Positions 52,889-64,000 of a stretch of DNA of 64,000 nt are shown one piece after another. The notes under the pieces are model-generated. The model did no database searches, was not told the DNA's origin, and saw only the letters and a list, made by a program, of their open reading frames with translations. Origin of the DNA: Massalongia carnosa. Its lineage: Eukaryota. The stretch lies in the NCBI GenBank assembly GCA_965645245.1, contig OZ287068.1, positions 2,170,001-2,234,000 of the forward strand, read 5' to 3'. Position 1 is the first letter of the stretch; each line of letters begins with the position of its first letter. The translations under genes and the position numbers were made by a program.

Positions 52889-55310
52889 CTATCTACGAAG
52901 CAGATCCTCTCCAGCGTCAATACGCTTAGAGATCTGATGTCCAGAGAACCCCATACTGTCAACTTCCCGCGCAATATCCCACGAATCCCTCCCCTGCTCA
53001 TTCGCCTTCCCCTGAAGATACTGACGGATCCGTCTTTTGACGTAGAACCGCTGCCTCAGGGCAGGAGTGTACCTCCACTTAGCCCCGAAGAGGCGGTCCA
53101 ACTCGTCGAGAGACGTACGCCGGAACCCCTCCACCAACGTCCTCACCGCGAATTCCTCCAACACCGCCTCCGTCGAGGTCACGCCGCCGAGAATGGGCTC
53201 CGCCGGGCAGTCAGGAGGACGTTGAGGCGGCCCCTCTTGGGGGAGGGAGCCACAGGGCGCAGAGACCGTAGACGCCTCTCCGGGGACGGAAGTGAGGACG
53301 ACAGAAGGTGTAGGAAGGAGAGAAGCGACTGCGTCGACGTACGAGGACGCCGACGCAGCAGGCTCTTCACCAACGGAGTGCGCCGCCGTCGCAAGAGCAG
53401 TCGCCTGCCCTCGCCAAGAAGCCTCGTCCAGCAGCCAGTCCCTCCGAACAGCCTCCACAGGAACCGTCAGAAAGGATCGAGGTAGCGTCGAGACCGTGGC
53501 CTGCAACTGTGAGAGCTGCGAACCCAGGACTCGAGCTATCTCCTGGGCATTTGCCGCCGGCAGCGCACTCAAGATGATCGTCAGCTGGCTCTGCCCGGAG
53601 AGCAACCTCTCCACAGCGTTGAGCGTGCGATCTTGCTTGATCGCAACACCGCTGACCTTTTTACTGACGCCATCAACGGAGTCAGCAACAAGAGACAGCA
53701 CGCCGTGGATGGCCACGTGCAAAGGTTCCTTTTTTACGGCTTCCAACTCCCGTATCTTCGCCGCGAACGCAGGCCAAAGGGGATCTCTGAAGACTTGGTG
53801 TCTCCAGAGCGAAAGCTCAGGAAACTGAGGCTGTAGAAGCGCCGCGTCTTGCAGGAAGACAGAACGCAGCCGCAGCAACATCTCCAGAACCTTCTTCCCT
53901 GCCTTATCAGCATCAGGAAAAAGACCGCCTTTGTACGCCGCCAGAGCGTCATCCACCCAAGGCTACACTTGCCGCTGCAGGGTTAGATCCGGTGAGTGTC
54001 CTCCTCTTCTCAAAAAGTAACTCCCGGGGGAGTTGCCAAAGCCGGCGGCGCGACGCATGTAGACACGCGGCAGGCGGGTGAGGTAGTTAGTGGCCCAGAC
54101 GCGACGTTCCCATCCGCCTGCTCTCATGATCTGTAGTAGTTGGTATAAGGGTAATGCTAGTAAGTATAAGGGGCCATGAATCGTAGAGTACTTGCCTGGT
54201 CCGCCGGGACCTCTCACATGTCGGCCAGCCGTGACGAGGACTGCCGCATGGTGTGGACCGTCTTGGAGCTGTCGACGCCGATAGCATCTAAAGCCGGCTT
54301 AATCCATCGGGCCTGTGTTTTGTCGGAGATCTTCTCCTTAGATCGCGCCAGGCTCCCGGAGATGACCTTCGTGAAATATCACGAAGATCGATCTCGGAAG
54401 TCCGGCCGCTTCTCTAGAAGGAGGTCCTAGCGCAAGACGAGCCAATGGGCGAGGGCGCCGAGAGGACAGAGGACGACATCTCTGCTCCGCAAAGCACCAT
54501 GATAATGCTGACGGCGCGAGTTGCCCCCGTCCGCCAGAGGAATGCTCTTGCCTTGGCCAATTCGAAGGATCAACGCAAGGCATTCGGACCCCTCGTTAGG
54601 AAGGTCGTAGGCGCAGAGGTCAGGTAGCTCAGCCCTTCGCGTTGATTTCCCCCGTAGCATCATCGAATGCATTAGAAGGAAGTCGAGGCGAGTCCGCAGA
54701 AGATGCCACTCGCCGCCCGCCACGCCCTCCCCCAAAACCTTGCCCCCGGCGAGCAGCATTGCCGACAATTGAGCGGCCTGCTCAGTCGTGTAGCTGTCGG
54801 TGAGGCCGTGGATCGCGCGATCCTCGAACGAGGCTCGCTTGAAAGCGCTTCAATCGATGCGTAAGCGCGTCATCAGGGCTTTGATGACCTTCCCTCTGGG
54901 ATGGGGCACCACCAAATTCTCTTCGAGATGCTGATCATCGAAGAGGACGCAGAGGGCAGAGACGTAGCCCGATTCCACGCTATCGGGCGCCAGGGGCCGG
55001 GATAAAGGATCGTCGGCTTGCTGCAAGACGAGTCAGTAAGCTACAAAAAGATGATTATATTCCTGAATTCGAGTTCAGGGGGCGACTCACCGTCTCAACG
55101 AGCTCCTCGCCGTCGGAGAATTCCTCGAATTTTTCCACCTCCTCCACCTCCTCTCCCTCTACCGCTGGCGAGGCTTCCACCGCCTTCATCGCCTTCCCCT
55201 TTCCCCTCTTCAACGCGCGGCGCTTAGCCTGCCGTTGGCGATTCTGATCCCGCCGCCTGGCCTGCTGCTGCTGCGCCTGTGAGCTTGGGACGTGGGACGA
55301 AGCGCACTCC
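52889..55310 (-). mobile_element. Crypton (tyrosine recombinase, Ndc10-domain-2/GCR1_C type) coding region, degenerate, two introns; element ends not defined
   Basis: YVSAL...HPRG, LRTRLDFLLMHSMMLRG..RRAELPDL, GALRSRDVVLCPLGALA, HTMR (HxxR), RAGGW, TNYL (catalytic Tyr), LRLRSVFLQDA, C-terminal LDRLFGAKWR; at least 5 in-frame stops. Confidence 0.85.
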
Positions 55311-56475
55311 AACTCCAACAGAGCCTTTGATTTTTTGGCTACACCCCGAGACCTTCGCGTTGTGGCAGACGAAGTAGGAGGCAACTGACTGAGGGGGAGG
55401 TTTTGACTAAGATTATAAAGGGACGGGGCCGTTTGAGATGAGACTTTTGACTATGTTTCGTCAACACTTCATCAATATCTTCAAACGAATCGGAAGACGT
55501 TGAAGATGCATCGTTGTCATTCGAAGGAAGTGTGAGACTCGTAGAAGGATCGGGAATCGGCTGAGTGTCTACATAATGCAGGTCATCGTCGTCGGAGACA
55601 ATGGCCGCATTTTCAGTCAAATCTACTACATCATATGTTAGCCACGCTGCGTCGATTTGCTTATATCGTGGGTTTTTACCATCGCTAATCACACTCTCGT
55701 TTTCATCGCTTTCACGCAGTTTATCATGCCGTCGCCTTTTCCCTTGTTCAATCGAGTCCCTACGTCTAGCACGTCGCTGATTGGCCTCATCTGCCTCAGC
55801 TGCCTCGCGGCCAGTGTAAGCACGCCGACGACTTCCTCCCTTTTTCCACCTGAGGTTTTCCTTCGGTCGGATTTCATCAGAGAAAGTTGTGGAGATAAGA
55901 GATCTAGCCGACTCCCTTTTCAGCCATTGTTGATTGAATTTGGCGCTGTTTGCTACGTATGCTCGAGCATACTCCTCATCTCGATGTGAATTTTCCATTG
56001 ATTTGTGCAAATCCATTGACTCAAATGCTGCAGATTGCATCATATCAGCTCCACCGCGGCGATATTTATCCCCGTCCTTCACTTCTCCCCCTTCGCCTTT
56101 CCTTCTTCTCACCTCCTGCTCATCCTCCTCTTCCATCTCCTCCTCATCCTCCTCTTCCATCTCATCCTCACCCTCCCCCCATACCTCCTCCTTATCCTCT
56201 TCCTTATCCTCTTCCTGCTCCGCCCCTCCCTCTCCCGCAGCGTATATGGGATGATTACCCCTCATCAAATAATCCGAGGCTAGCTACGTGTGATGTTTGA
56301 ATTGGCTGTAGCAATAAGTAATGTTGTAAGTGACTGGGTATATGAAGCTTGCGGGGGGACGTTGCATTAGTAGATGGACTGTTAATTTAGTGTGAGGGTG
56401 AGGCTTAAGCTAGTCCTAATAAGCAGTAGAACTTTACGAGGGGTCTGCCAGATGGGGTCTGTCCCGAATCTACTC
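55311..56475 (-). mobile_element. Probable internally deleted Mutator (MULE)-like fragment
   Basis: ORF 55339-56268 resembles fungal MULE C-termini as recalled (DKYRRGGADM..., RRAYTGREAAE); abrupt end at 56475 with a repeated cagacccc motif; no DDE core visible. Confidence 0.4.
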
Positions 56476-58447
56476 GTCTAGCGGAAACACACCGGCTCCT
56501 ACCCGACACATAGATGGGAGCAAGGAAGGGCATATCCACAGAGTCAGCACTGGAACTGCTAACTGAACAGGTTCACACGATTTGGGGACAGAGAAAAGAC
56601 AAAGTAGCCACACTGCTAAGCATGGACGTCGCCGGCGAGTTCGATACGATATCACATCAGCGACTAACGCACAACCTACGGAAAAGAAAAATTCCAAAAT
56701 GGATCACCGACTGGTTAAACAGCTTTCTGAGCGATCGAAGCACCACTTAGCAATAAATCGAAAAGTCACCGGGCGGTTTGCGGTAAGAACGGGTATCCCG
56801 CAGGGCTCTCCCCTGTCATCCATTCTTTACCTATTTTACAATGCAGATCTATTGGAAACATGTGATCGACCAGGCAAAAATACAAGTGCCATAGGATTCG
56901 TAGACGACGCAAACATTTTGGCATATGGAAAAAGCACCGAGGAAAACTGCAAAACTCTAGAGGCAATACACAGACAATGTGAGACGTGGGCTTCCCGGCA
57001 CTGGTCCGTATTCGCTCCGACGAAGTACGAACTCATACACTTGTCCAGGAATCCCAAAAGATTCAACATGACTGCATCCATCAATATTGCTAGCACCGAA
57101 ATTGAATCAAAAACGGACATCAGATTATTGGGCCTACAAATCGACACCAAATTGAAATGGGGACCGCACGTTCGCAAAACGCAAGAGAAAATGGTCAAAC
57201 AATCCATGGCATTGACAAAATTTCCACATCAACCTGGGGTGCCACCTTCGCCAAGGCAAGGCAAGTTTACAGTGCCGTGGTGCGTCCGGCCATGACATAT
57301 GGGTCAACCGTATGGCACATGCCCAAAGAAGTCAAAAAGTCAAAAACGTCAACGAGCAAGCTCTCCGTCATGCAAAACAATTGCCTTCGCACCATAGCTG
57401 GTGCCTTTAAAGCCACTCCCATCTCAGTACTAGAAGCAGGGACACTCATAGCGCCCATAGATACGCATCTCGACATGCTACAAGCACAGGCAAGGCACTG
57501 GCTCCGAGCCGGAGGCCAATTGAAGATCATCCCCTCCGCATGCAACAAAATAGCTGACAAACTTCGAGGCAAGGCAGGTCGCAAACGACTTCAAAAGCCC
57601 ACCCCAGGGGAGCTGAAACACATCTGGGCCAAAAGCCTACTGATCGACTCAAATAGTTCAACCACCAAAGGCACACCCACCATGGTTCGAAGTCTACCCG
57701 GCGTGGCACCGCGAAGCTACCGTTGCGGCAACGGCCCGACACAAGCAGATGCAAACAATCAAAGCACGACAAATGAAGGTCTGGAACGACTCGTGGTGCG
57801 CATATCAAAATCGCGTCATCGAACCCTCCATAGCACAATCAATACCACTGAGCAAAAATCGGCTGAAAATATACACGCAGCTAAAAAAGGCAGAAAGCGC
57901 TCTAACAACACAAATCCGCACTGGCAAGATCGGGTTAGCTGACTTCCTCTACAAGCGACGGGTGCCCTCCGTCACCTCACCGGCCTGCTCATGTGGCTGG
58001 CACAGACAAACTCCAGAACATGTAATCATGTTCTGCAGACTTATTGACAATAGAGAACAGATGTTTCGCGCCGCCGGCACGAGCGACTATCAGCAGCTGA
58101 CCGAATCATCAAAAACTCTGAAGATACTAACTGCTTGGCTAATGAAAACAGGCTTATTGAATCAATTCTCACTAGCATCAACATTATTGTACAATCAACA
58201 ATAGTTGAACCTTTCTTTCTTTCTTCTCTTTTCACAAGGCATTACAGTTCCCACATGTCTTTTGCACTTCGTCTCCCGCCCGACGTCGACCCGTAGTCAC
58301 ATTGGACGGGTATCAAGGGATATGGTTTTTACACCTGTGGAAGGTTTTCCATGTAACATAACTTAGATAGCTTTGCCCGCATGGGCCGGCCTACGGCCGG
58401 TGTCATATCGGAGTATGAATACATCATCATCATCATCATCATCATCA
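56476..58447 (+). mobile_element. 5'-truncated Tad1-like LINE (RT + C-terminal Cys/His knuckle) with a (CAT)8 tail
   Basis: MDVAGEFD, GIPQGSPLSSILY, GFVDD, LGLQIDTKLKW, AVVRPAMTYG, QIRTGKIGL, CSCG..QTPEHV..FC; frameshifts; tail at 58422-58445. Confidence 0.92.
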
Positions 58448-58884
58448 AATCATATTTGATTACGTTTGATCATCGTATTTTTAATCAACGCTGATGTGTT
58501 CATAACATTCAATGAGATTCTTTCGTCTCATTTCTTTTTGTGTTGTCATCGCTTGTTCGTCGAGTCATATGTTTCCGTCTCGCAGATTGTCTGCGATAAA
58601 TTAACAGATGACACTAGACTAATTGAGCTCTTGTTACGATATGTCGAAGGCGTATCATAATAATACTTTTCTTGTGACGTCTTTTCACTCGATTCGATTA
58701 TTCTTCAAGTAATTTCTGATTAAGAAATTCATTTATCTGACAATCTTTTCTCGCATTCCTGACAAATCCTGACCACAGCTTGCGACACCTTTCAGCCTTT
58801 GCCGCATGTAAAATCTTCATTAATTCTCCTTACTTAAGAATTCCTTAGCTGCATTTCTTCAAGTAGAGTTAACCGCCGTCTACG

Positions 58885-61394
58885 ATGGATCATCTCCCAC
58901 GTCCTTTTGGCGTTGAGCTCACCGAAGATGACGTGATTCCGTATGTGGCTTCAAACAATTACCTTGGAATTCCCTTCCTCGAATATGTCAAAACCAACGA
59001 GGCCTACCAAGTTTCCCCAGATCGTGTGGCTGCAGAGATCATGTCCCAGCATGAGTCTAAGCTGGAAATATCTGCGCTCGAGCGCTTTCTCCAGACATGG
59101 CTCTTCTTTGGACTCCTTCAGGAGACGTTAAGCGAAACCTTCGATCAGAATGACTTCGTGCATTCTACACCCTCCAAAGTGCTCATTTCGACAAGGAAAC
59201 TTCTAGAGAAACTCAGGCAATGGATGAGCGAACTAAACCTTGATCAAAAGCGTCTCAATCATCTTCACCAGTGTTTGCACATGACCATGTTAGCTCTTGT
59301 TGCCACACCTAGCATATTCGATATCAGGCTGAAGATTGGCATTGCTGCCACAGCCGAAGTCATCGATACTGCTCTAATCCTTGCCGCAAATGCCAGGAAT
59401 ATAAGCTCAAAACCCCTCTCCGCCTCATGGTGTTGGGGTGACTTGGATGACTCAAATTTGCGGGTATCTGAGATGCAGAAACTACATGGGTGGTGTCCTG
59501 CCCAAGCCTCGTTCACGCTTAGAAATTTCTCTTCACTGCAAGCCAAAAATTTTTCTCCAAAATCACGAAACCTCGCAATAGGGTTACTCATGAGTCCTGT
59601 CTCTATGAAAACTGCCGTGCTTTACAAATCAATACCTCTTCTTACAACACTCTACATTGTCACCTGGATAATTGCAAAGACGTTATGATAGACCAAGAAG
59701 AGGTGGTCAAGGTCTTGAAAGATGGCAAGAATGCGCTCTTAGAACTCAATTTGAACACGACAACCGATGAAATTTTTGTCGCTGTTAGAGACGCACAACC
59801 AAACAGTTGGTATATCGCCCTCTCCCATGTTTGGGCAGATGGACTAGGCAACCCGAAAGCAAATTCTCTGCCTCAATGTCAGCTTCGTCGTATTTACAAA
59901 CTCCTCACAGGCTTCTGCAGAGAGGAATCCATCGAAGAGGGTCAGAAGAGGCCTTAACTATGGCTTGATACGCTCTGCTGCCCTATAGATCCGGAGGGAA
60001 AGCTCCTTGCCCTGTCGAAAATGCCAGAAGTTTACCGAGAAGCGTCACAAGTACTCGTTTTGGACTCATCGCTGACCGAGATAGATTGCAGGGACCTTCA
60101 GCCGATAGAGATATTATCCAGGGTGTTCTCTTCCGGTTGATTTTCAGGTTGTGGACTCTTAACGAGGCCAAATTAGCATTGAAACTTTGGATACAGTTTC
60201 ACGATGGTATCATTGAGCTAGGCCAGGTCTTTAGTGACTTGTCTACAATGACGGAACCTGAAACATATCACTTCACCAGCGAACTTGCTAGCGAGTACGG
60301 AAAGCTTCGAATCGAATACTTAAGACAATCTGGTGGCGAGCTCTGGTATCTTATGGAAGCTTTAAGATACCGATCTGTTAGCGAGGTTTCTGACGAGCCG
60401 GTTTGTATTGGGGCTTCCCTGCGGTTGGATGTCGATTTTATAACTGGGGAAGAGAAGCTACTACCCTCGGCGAATCAAGAGGTCAGAATTAAGCTCAGGG
60501 ACGAAAGGATGGCCCGCCTATGGAAATCAATTACCAAAGGCCTTGATTTACCACGTTGGAGATAGGCTCATGGAGCCAGGACTGAAATGGGCACCATCAA
60601 CACTAACCAATATACAGAACACGACTTTTTTCTTCTGTTCAGCCGAAACGGATCGTGCACTTCCATCAACAAATGGGTTAATTGTCTCCTCGGCAGCATT
60701 TTCGATCTCGGTGCCTGAGCGCGTTGACGGCATTCTTGGCCGCCCCTCGACAGCAGCTTCTAACATGCTTGATGTTCTCAAGTACGATGAGCATCATTGG
60801 CTTACGATTTTCAGTACCTTGGAGCAGAAGAAATATCCCTCGAATTGTGATCATATGGCGTTATACGACATCGCGATCGACAGAGGAAGAGGCGCAGAGT
60901 TTGAGATCTTGATAGAAAACCCCGTGATCCTATCACAAGAGTCATCGAAAGACATGAATTGTCTACTCGTAGCAAAAGTCTCACAAGAGAGCCAAATCCC
61001 CAAATCGGAGACGAGAAATGTTCGGTTTTTTCGGCAGGGATGGATCACGAACCTCGATCGAGTCACATGTGATTTCCTTAATTCTTTACTGGAGCAGGCT
61101 CAAGCCCTTCAGAATGATGACATTACGCAGGAGATTCGAGAGAGCGGTAAACACGGCGCTCAAGACCCGCGGTATCTCGATGCGATGAAACGACTCCTAG
61201 AAAAGGTGTGGTCGATAGTGGATCAGCTGAAGGCGGGATTGGACGCTTCAGACAAACATCTTCTTGACAGCAAGCTTGGGCTCGTGTACTATCGACGCAA
61301 GTCGATTTTTTCTCTACTTTCGCGATTTTATCGAAATCGTTATTTTGTGAAAGAAAGGGATTTTCCTGTTACACAACAGTATTGTATTGGTTAA
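58885..61394 (+). pseudogene. HET-domain (heterokaryon incompatibility) protein pseudogene
   Basis: MDHLP, QTWLFFGLL, GWCP, YIALSHVWADGLGNP..NSLP.CQL, *LWLDTLCCP, RLWTLNEA, WAPST; stop at 59955 and several frameshifts. Confidence 0.85.
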
Positions 61395-62338
61395 ATTTAA
61401 GAACATCGTCACGATTTACTTTAATACAATATTTATCGAATCTTGTTATCGCTAAAATCTCTTGTCATGCTGTTATTCTCCTTAATTGATGTTGTTATGT
61501 CTTCTCCCCTCTCCTTTCCCCGAAAGGGGGCCCGAAACTATAAATCTCCATCAATCAAATAATTTGAACCCTGAACCTTCAAACTCTACACGTTCACAAA
61601 TAACATTTGATTTCACTTTTTCTATTCTTTGATCTTTATTTACTCTTCAATTTTATCTTGTCGAAATCCCCGTTTGTGAGAAAGATGAAAAAAGCGAAAG
61701 AAACGGGAAAGAGAATGGAGAGAAGTCGTTTTTGAAAGGACTCCGGTGAAGATGAAAGAGGTCCTCGAAGACATGAATTTCGCTGTTTTAGTTTTTTGAA
61801 TTATGTTCATGAACATATAGGAAACGTTTAAAAATGATAATCGATCATTTTGGTCAAACATGACACAAAATTTCGATTCTGCACCGTAAATTTGTAAAAA
61901 AAACTACTTGCTTTCTTATCCTTCCTCGGGAGGGAAATTGTAGCGGCATCATTAGAAATGGTGAAAGCATAACAAGAAGGTGTAGCGATAACAAGATCCT
62001 AGTTATATTCTCGTTGTCAACGAATCGGATAACTAAATCAAGTATTTGATAGTATGTTATATTTTTATAAATAATAAGATCCTATTTTCTAACCTGAAAT
62101 ATCTCAAGACTACTTCTACTCAATCTTAATTATTCAACTTTTTAACAAAAAAGCCGTCAGCTTATTTTCCAACGAAAAACCCCGTCCAAAAATAGAGACC
62201 AACTCTCGACTTCATCAGTAACGACCGTCAGTCCTTTGCACTCGACATTTCGCATTGTCTCGGCATCTCCCGCACCATGGATTTTAAGAGTATAAGATAA
62301 CTTACCTACTAAACGAGCCGGGCTGAGAATATAGACCC

Positions 62339-63040
62339 TCAGCAACCGGCGGGACATTGGCAACAGGACTGAGCGACGATGGTATCGGTGTCCAAAGTGA
62401 CGGCACCATTTTGCGCGCACAGCAAACCGGCCACGTTGACGCTATTGCCGACGGTGATGGAACTTAGGGCCAAGACGTTGCCTTTGATGACCGAGCTGGC
62501 GGAAAGGGTCGCGGAGGAGCCGACCAGAAAGTACACGTTGCACGCCTGCACGCCGGCACCCAGGACCACTTTAGCGCCAATTCCGGTGACGAAGGTCGTT
62601 CCGATGCGGAAGATGAATTGGTCCGAGGTGCTGGTCGCCGTTGCGAGATTGAGGGTAAGAACCGTACCCGCGGCAATAGTGGCGCTCGTGGCGATATCAT
62701 ACACCCCCGGAGTTTTCACCGTGCCTCCAAGTGTTCCCGCGGTGGACATCCCGGCCGGCAGCCCAATCCCGCTATTGTACGTCGCGATGCAATCAGTCCG
62801 ACACTTGGCCGATTTCACCGTGTTGGTCTCGATTCCTCCGGAACACGTTGGGCCGCCGGTGATGGCCCCTGCAGGCGAGACTCCGCACACACCCGTGATG
62901 GACGTGGCTCCGGAGTTGGTAATGCCGGAATTTCCAATCACTCCGAAATTTGCACAGGTACCCAGACATAAGGCGGTCGACTGCTTGGTGTAAAGGGCGA
63001 GCAGCGCAAGGCCGTGGGCGCTGATTGTTGAGAATCTCAT
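62339..63040 (-). CDS. Secreted DUF3494 ice-binding-like protein, 233 aa, intronless
   Basis: Signal peptide; LGTCANFGVIG.SGITNSG.TSITG..GVSP, LGG..KTPGVY, FIFRIGTT, QACNVYFLVGSSATL, GNVLALSSIT, AQNGAVTLD. Confidence 0.9.
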   Translation of the reverse strand: MRFSTISAHGLALLALYTKQSTALCLGTCANFGVIGNSGITNSGATSITGVCGVSPAGAITGGPTCSGGIETNTVKSAKCRTDCIATYNSGIGLPAGMSTAGTLGGTVKTPGVYDIATSATIAAGTVLTLNLATATSTSDQFIFRIGTTFVTGIGAKVVLGAGVQACNVYFLVGSSATLSASSVIKGNVLALSSITVGNSVNVAGLLCAQNGAVTLDTDTIVAQSCCQCPAGC

Positions 63041-64000
63041 GATGATTTCGACAAAGTGATTCAACTAGTCAGGAAAAGATAACGATGATGGAGTAGGGTT
63101 ATTTGACGAAGATTGAGATGATGGTGAAGGAAAGCTGGATGTGATTCTTGGCAAGCCTAGGACGAGGATGGTGATGGTTTCGATTAACCAGAAAAAGTTA
63201 TGCGGATGGATGCTTCTTATATAGTGAACTTGCCAACTTACTCGTCCGCCTTTACGGAACAGGTGCGATGACTGTTGAGAGCTAATTCCCGGTGGATATC
63301 CATTTGACCCTGATATCCAGAGAGGTTGGCCTCTTCGCCTATCCTCACGAATTTTCTGTCACAATTCCCGGCACCCCTCCCTGTCTCTCCACCGTGGAGG
63401 ATTCTATCCTAGGACATCTTCGGAGGAATGGGTTCTCCACGTCACGTTCCTGCAAGCCTTCACGAACTGATCACAGCTGACACTTGTGTGAAGACGGGTA
63501 GTTACGATCATCGAGGGAACAGCAATGAACAATTTCATTGCACGATCGCCTGTTTAATCATTCCAGATGTCCATCTACTGCTCCAACACTAAATCCATGA
63601 TTTGAGACGGCTTAGAGTGGTTATTTTTTCCAATTATTGCGCCGCCGATATCATTGTTTTTCAACATTTCTCGCATATCTTGAAGGAGATTGTGAAAAGT
63701 AGTTAAGAACTTGAATTGAAGTCTTCAGGTTTAGATCTACTTCTTGAGTAAACGACATCGGCCTAGTTACGAAATCCTACAGAGTATACTATACTCTGTA
63801 CATACCTCGTACATATCCAGCAGGCTCGCATCGGTTCGATCATCGCATGCAAGGTTCTATCTCCAATGATCTTGCGCATAGTTTAAACCTTGAGGATCTA
63901 ATGATTGATGATTTGCCACTTTCTGTTTCTTGGTGAGTTCGGAGTACGGACCGCACTCTGGAATAGGCCTGGGTGTTTCTCAAAAGCCTCCACCAACTAT

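Noticed and set aside
52889..55310. Starship captain (DUF3435) recombinase
   Set aside because: The motifs and GCR1_C-like tail match Crypton/Ndc10-type recombinases instead
62379..62993. 204-aa + strand ORF
   Set aside because: Antisense shadow of the GC-rich ice-binding gene

Overview
Fungal (filamentous ascomycete) genomic window with spliceosomal introns. It starts at a conserved housekeeping gene, the 5-exon NADP-glutamate dehydrogenase, and becomes an accessory, transposon-rich region. Apparently intact genes: a conserved hypothetical protein, a Zn2Cys6 transcription factor, a QIP/Gfd2-like DEDDh nuclease, a 2xLysM Ser/Gly-repeat protein, a phosphodiesterase/alkaline-phosphatase-superfamily protein, small Cys-rich secreted proteins and an unusually Cys-rich DUF3494 ice-binding protein. 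A secreted amidase carries one frameshift. Mobile DNA forms three nests. (1) A probable solo LTR split by an intact pogo/Fot1 element, with a Tc1 (DD34E) element inserted at its edge. (2) A full-length Ty1/copia element (GCTCC TSD) with a second intact pogo in its 5' leader and an in-frame UGA between gag and pol. (3) A Crypton tyrosine-recombinase element joined to a probable Mutator fragment and a truncated Tad1-like LINE. Several pseudogenes show C-to-T decay, including a possible non-canonical CC/GG-directed signature. All family calls rest on motif recognition by eye; no database searches were run, and nothing here is established as a novel system.
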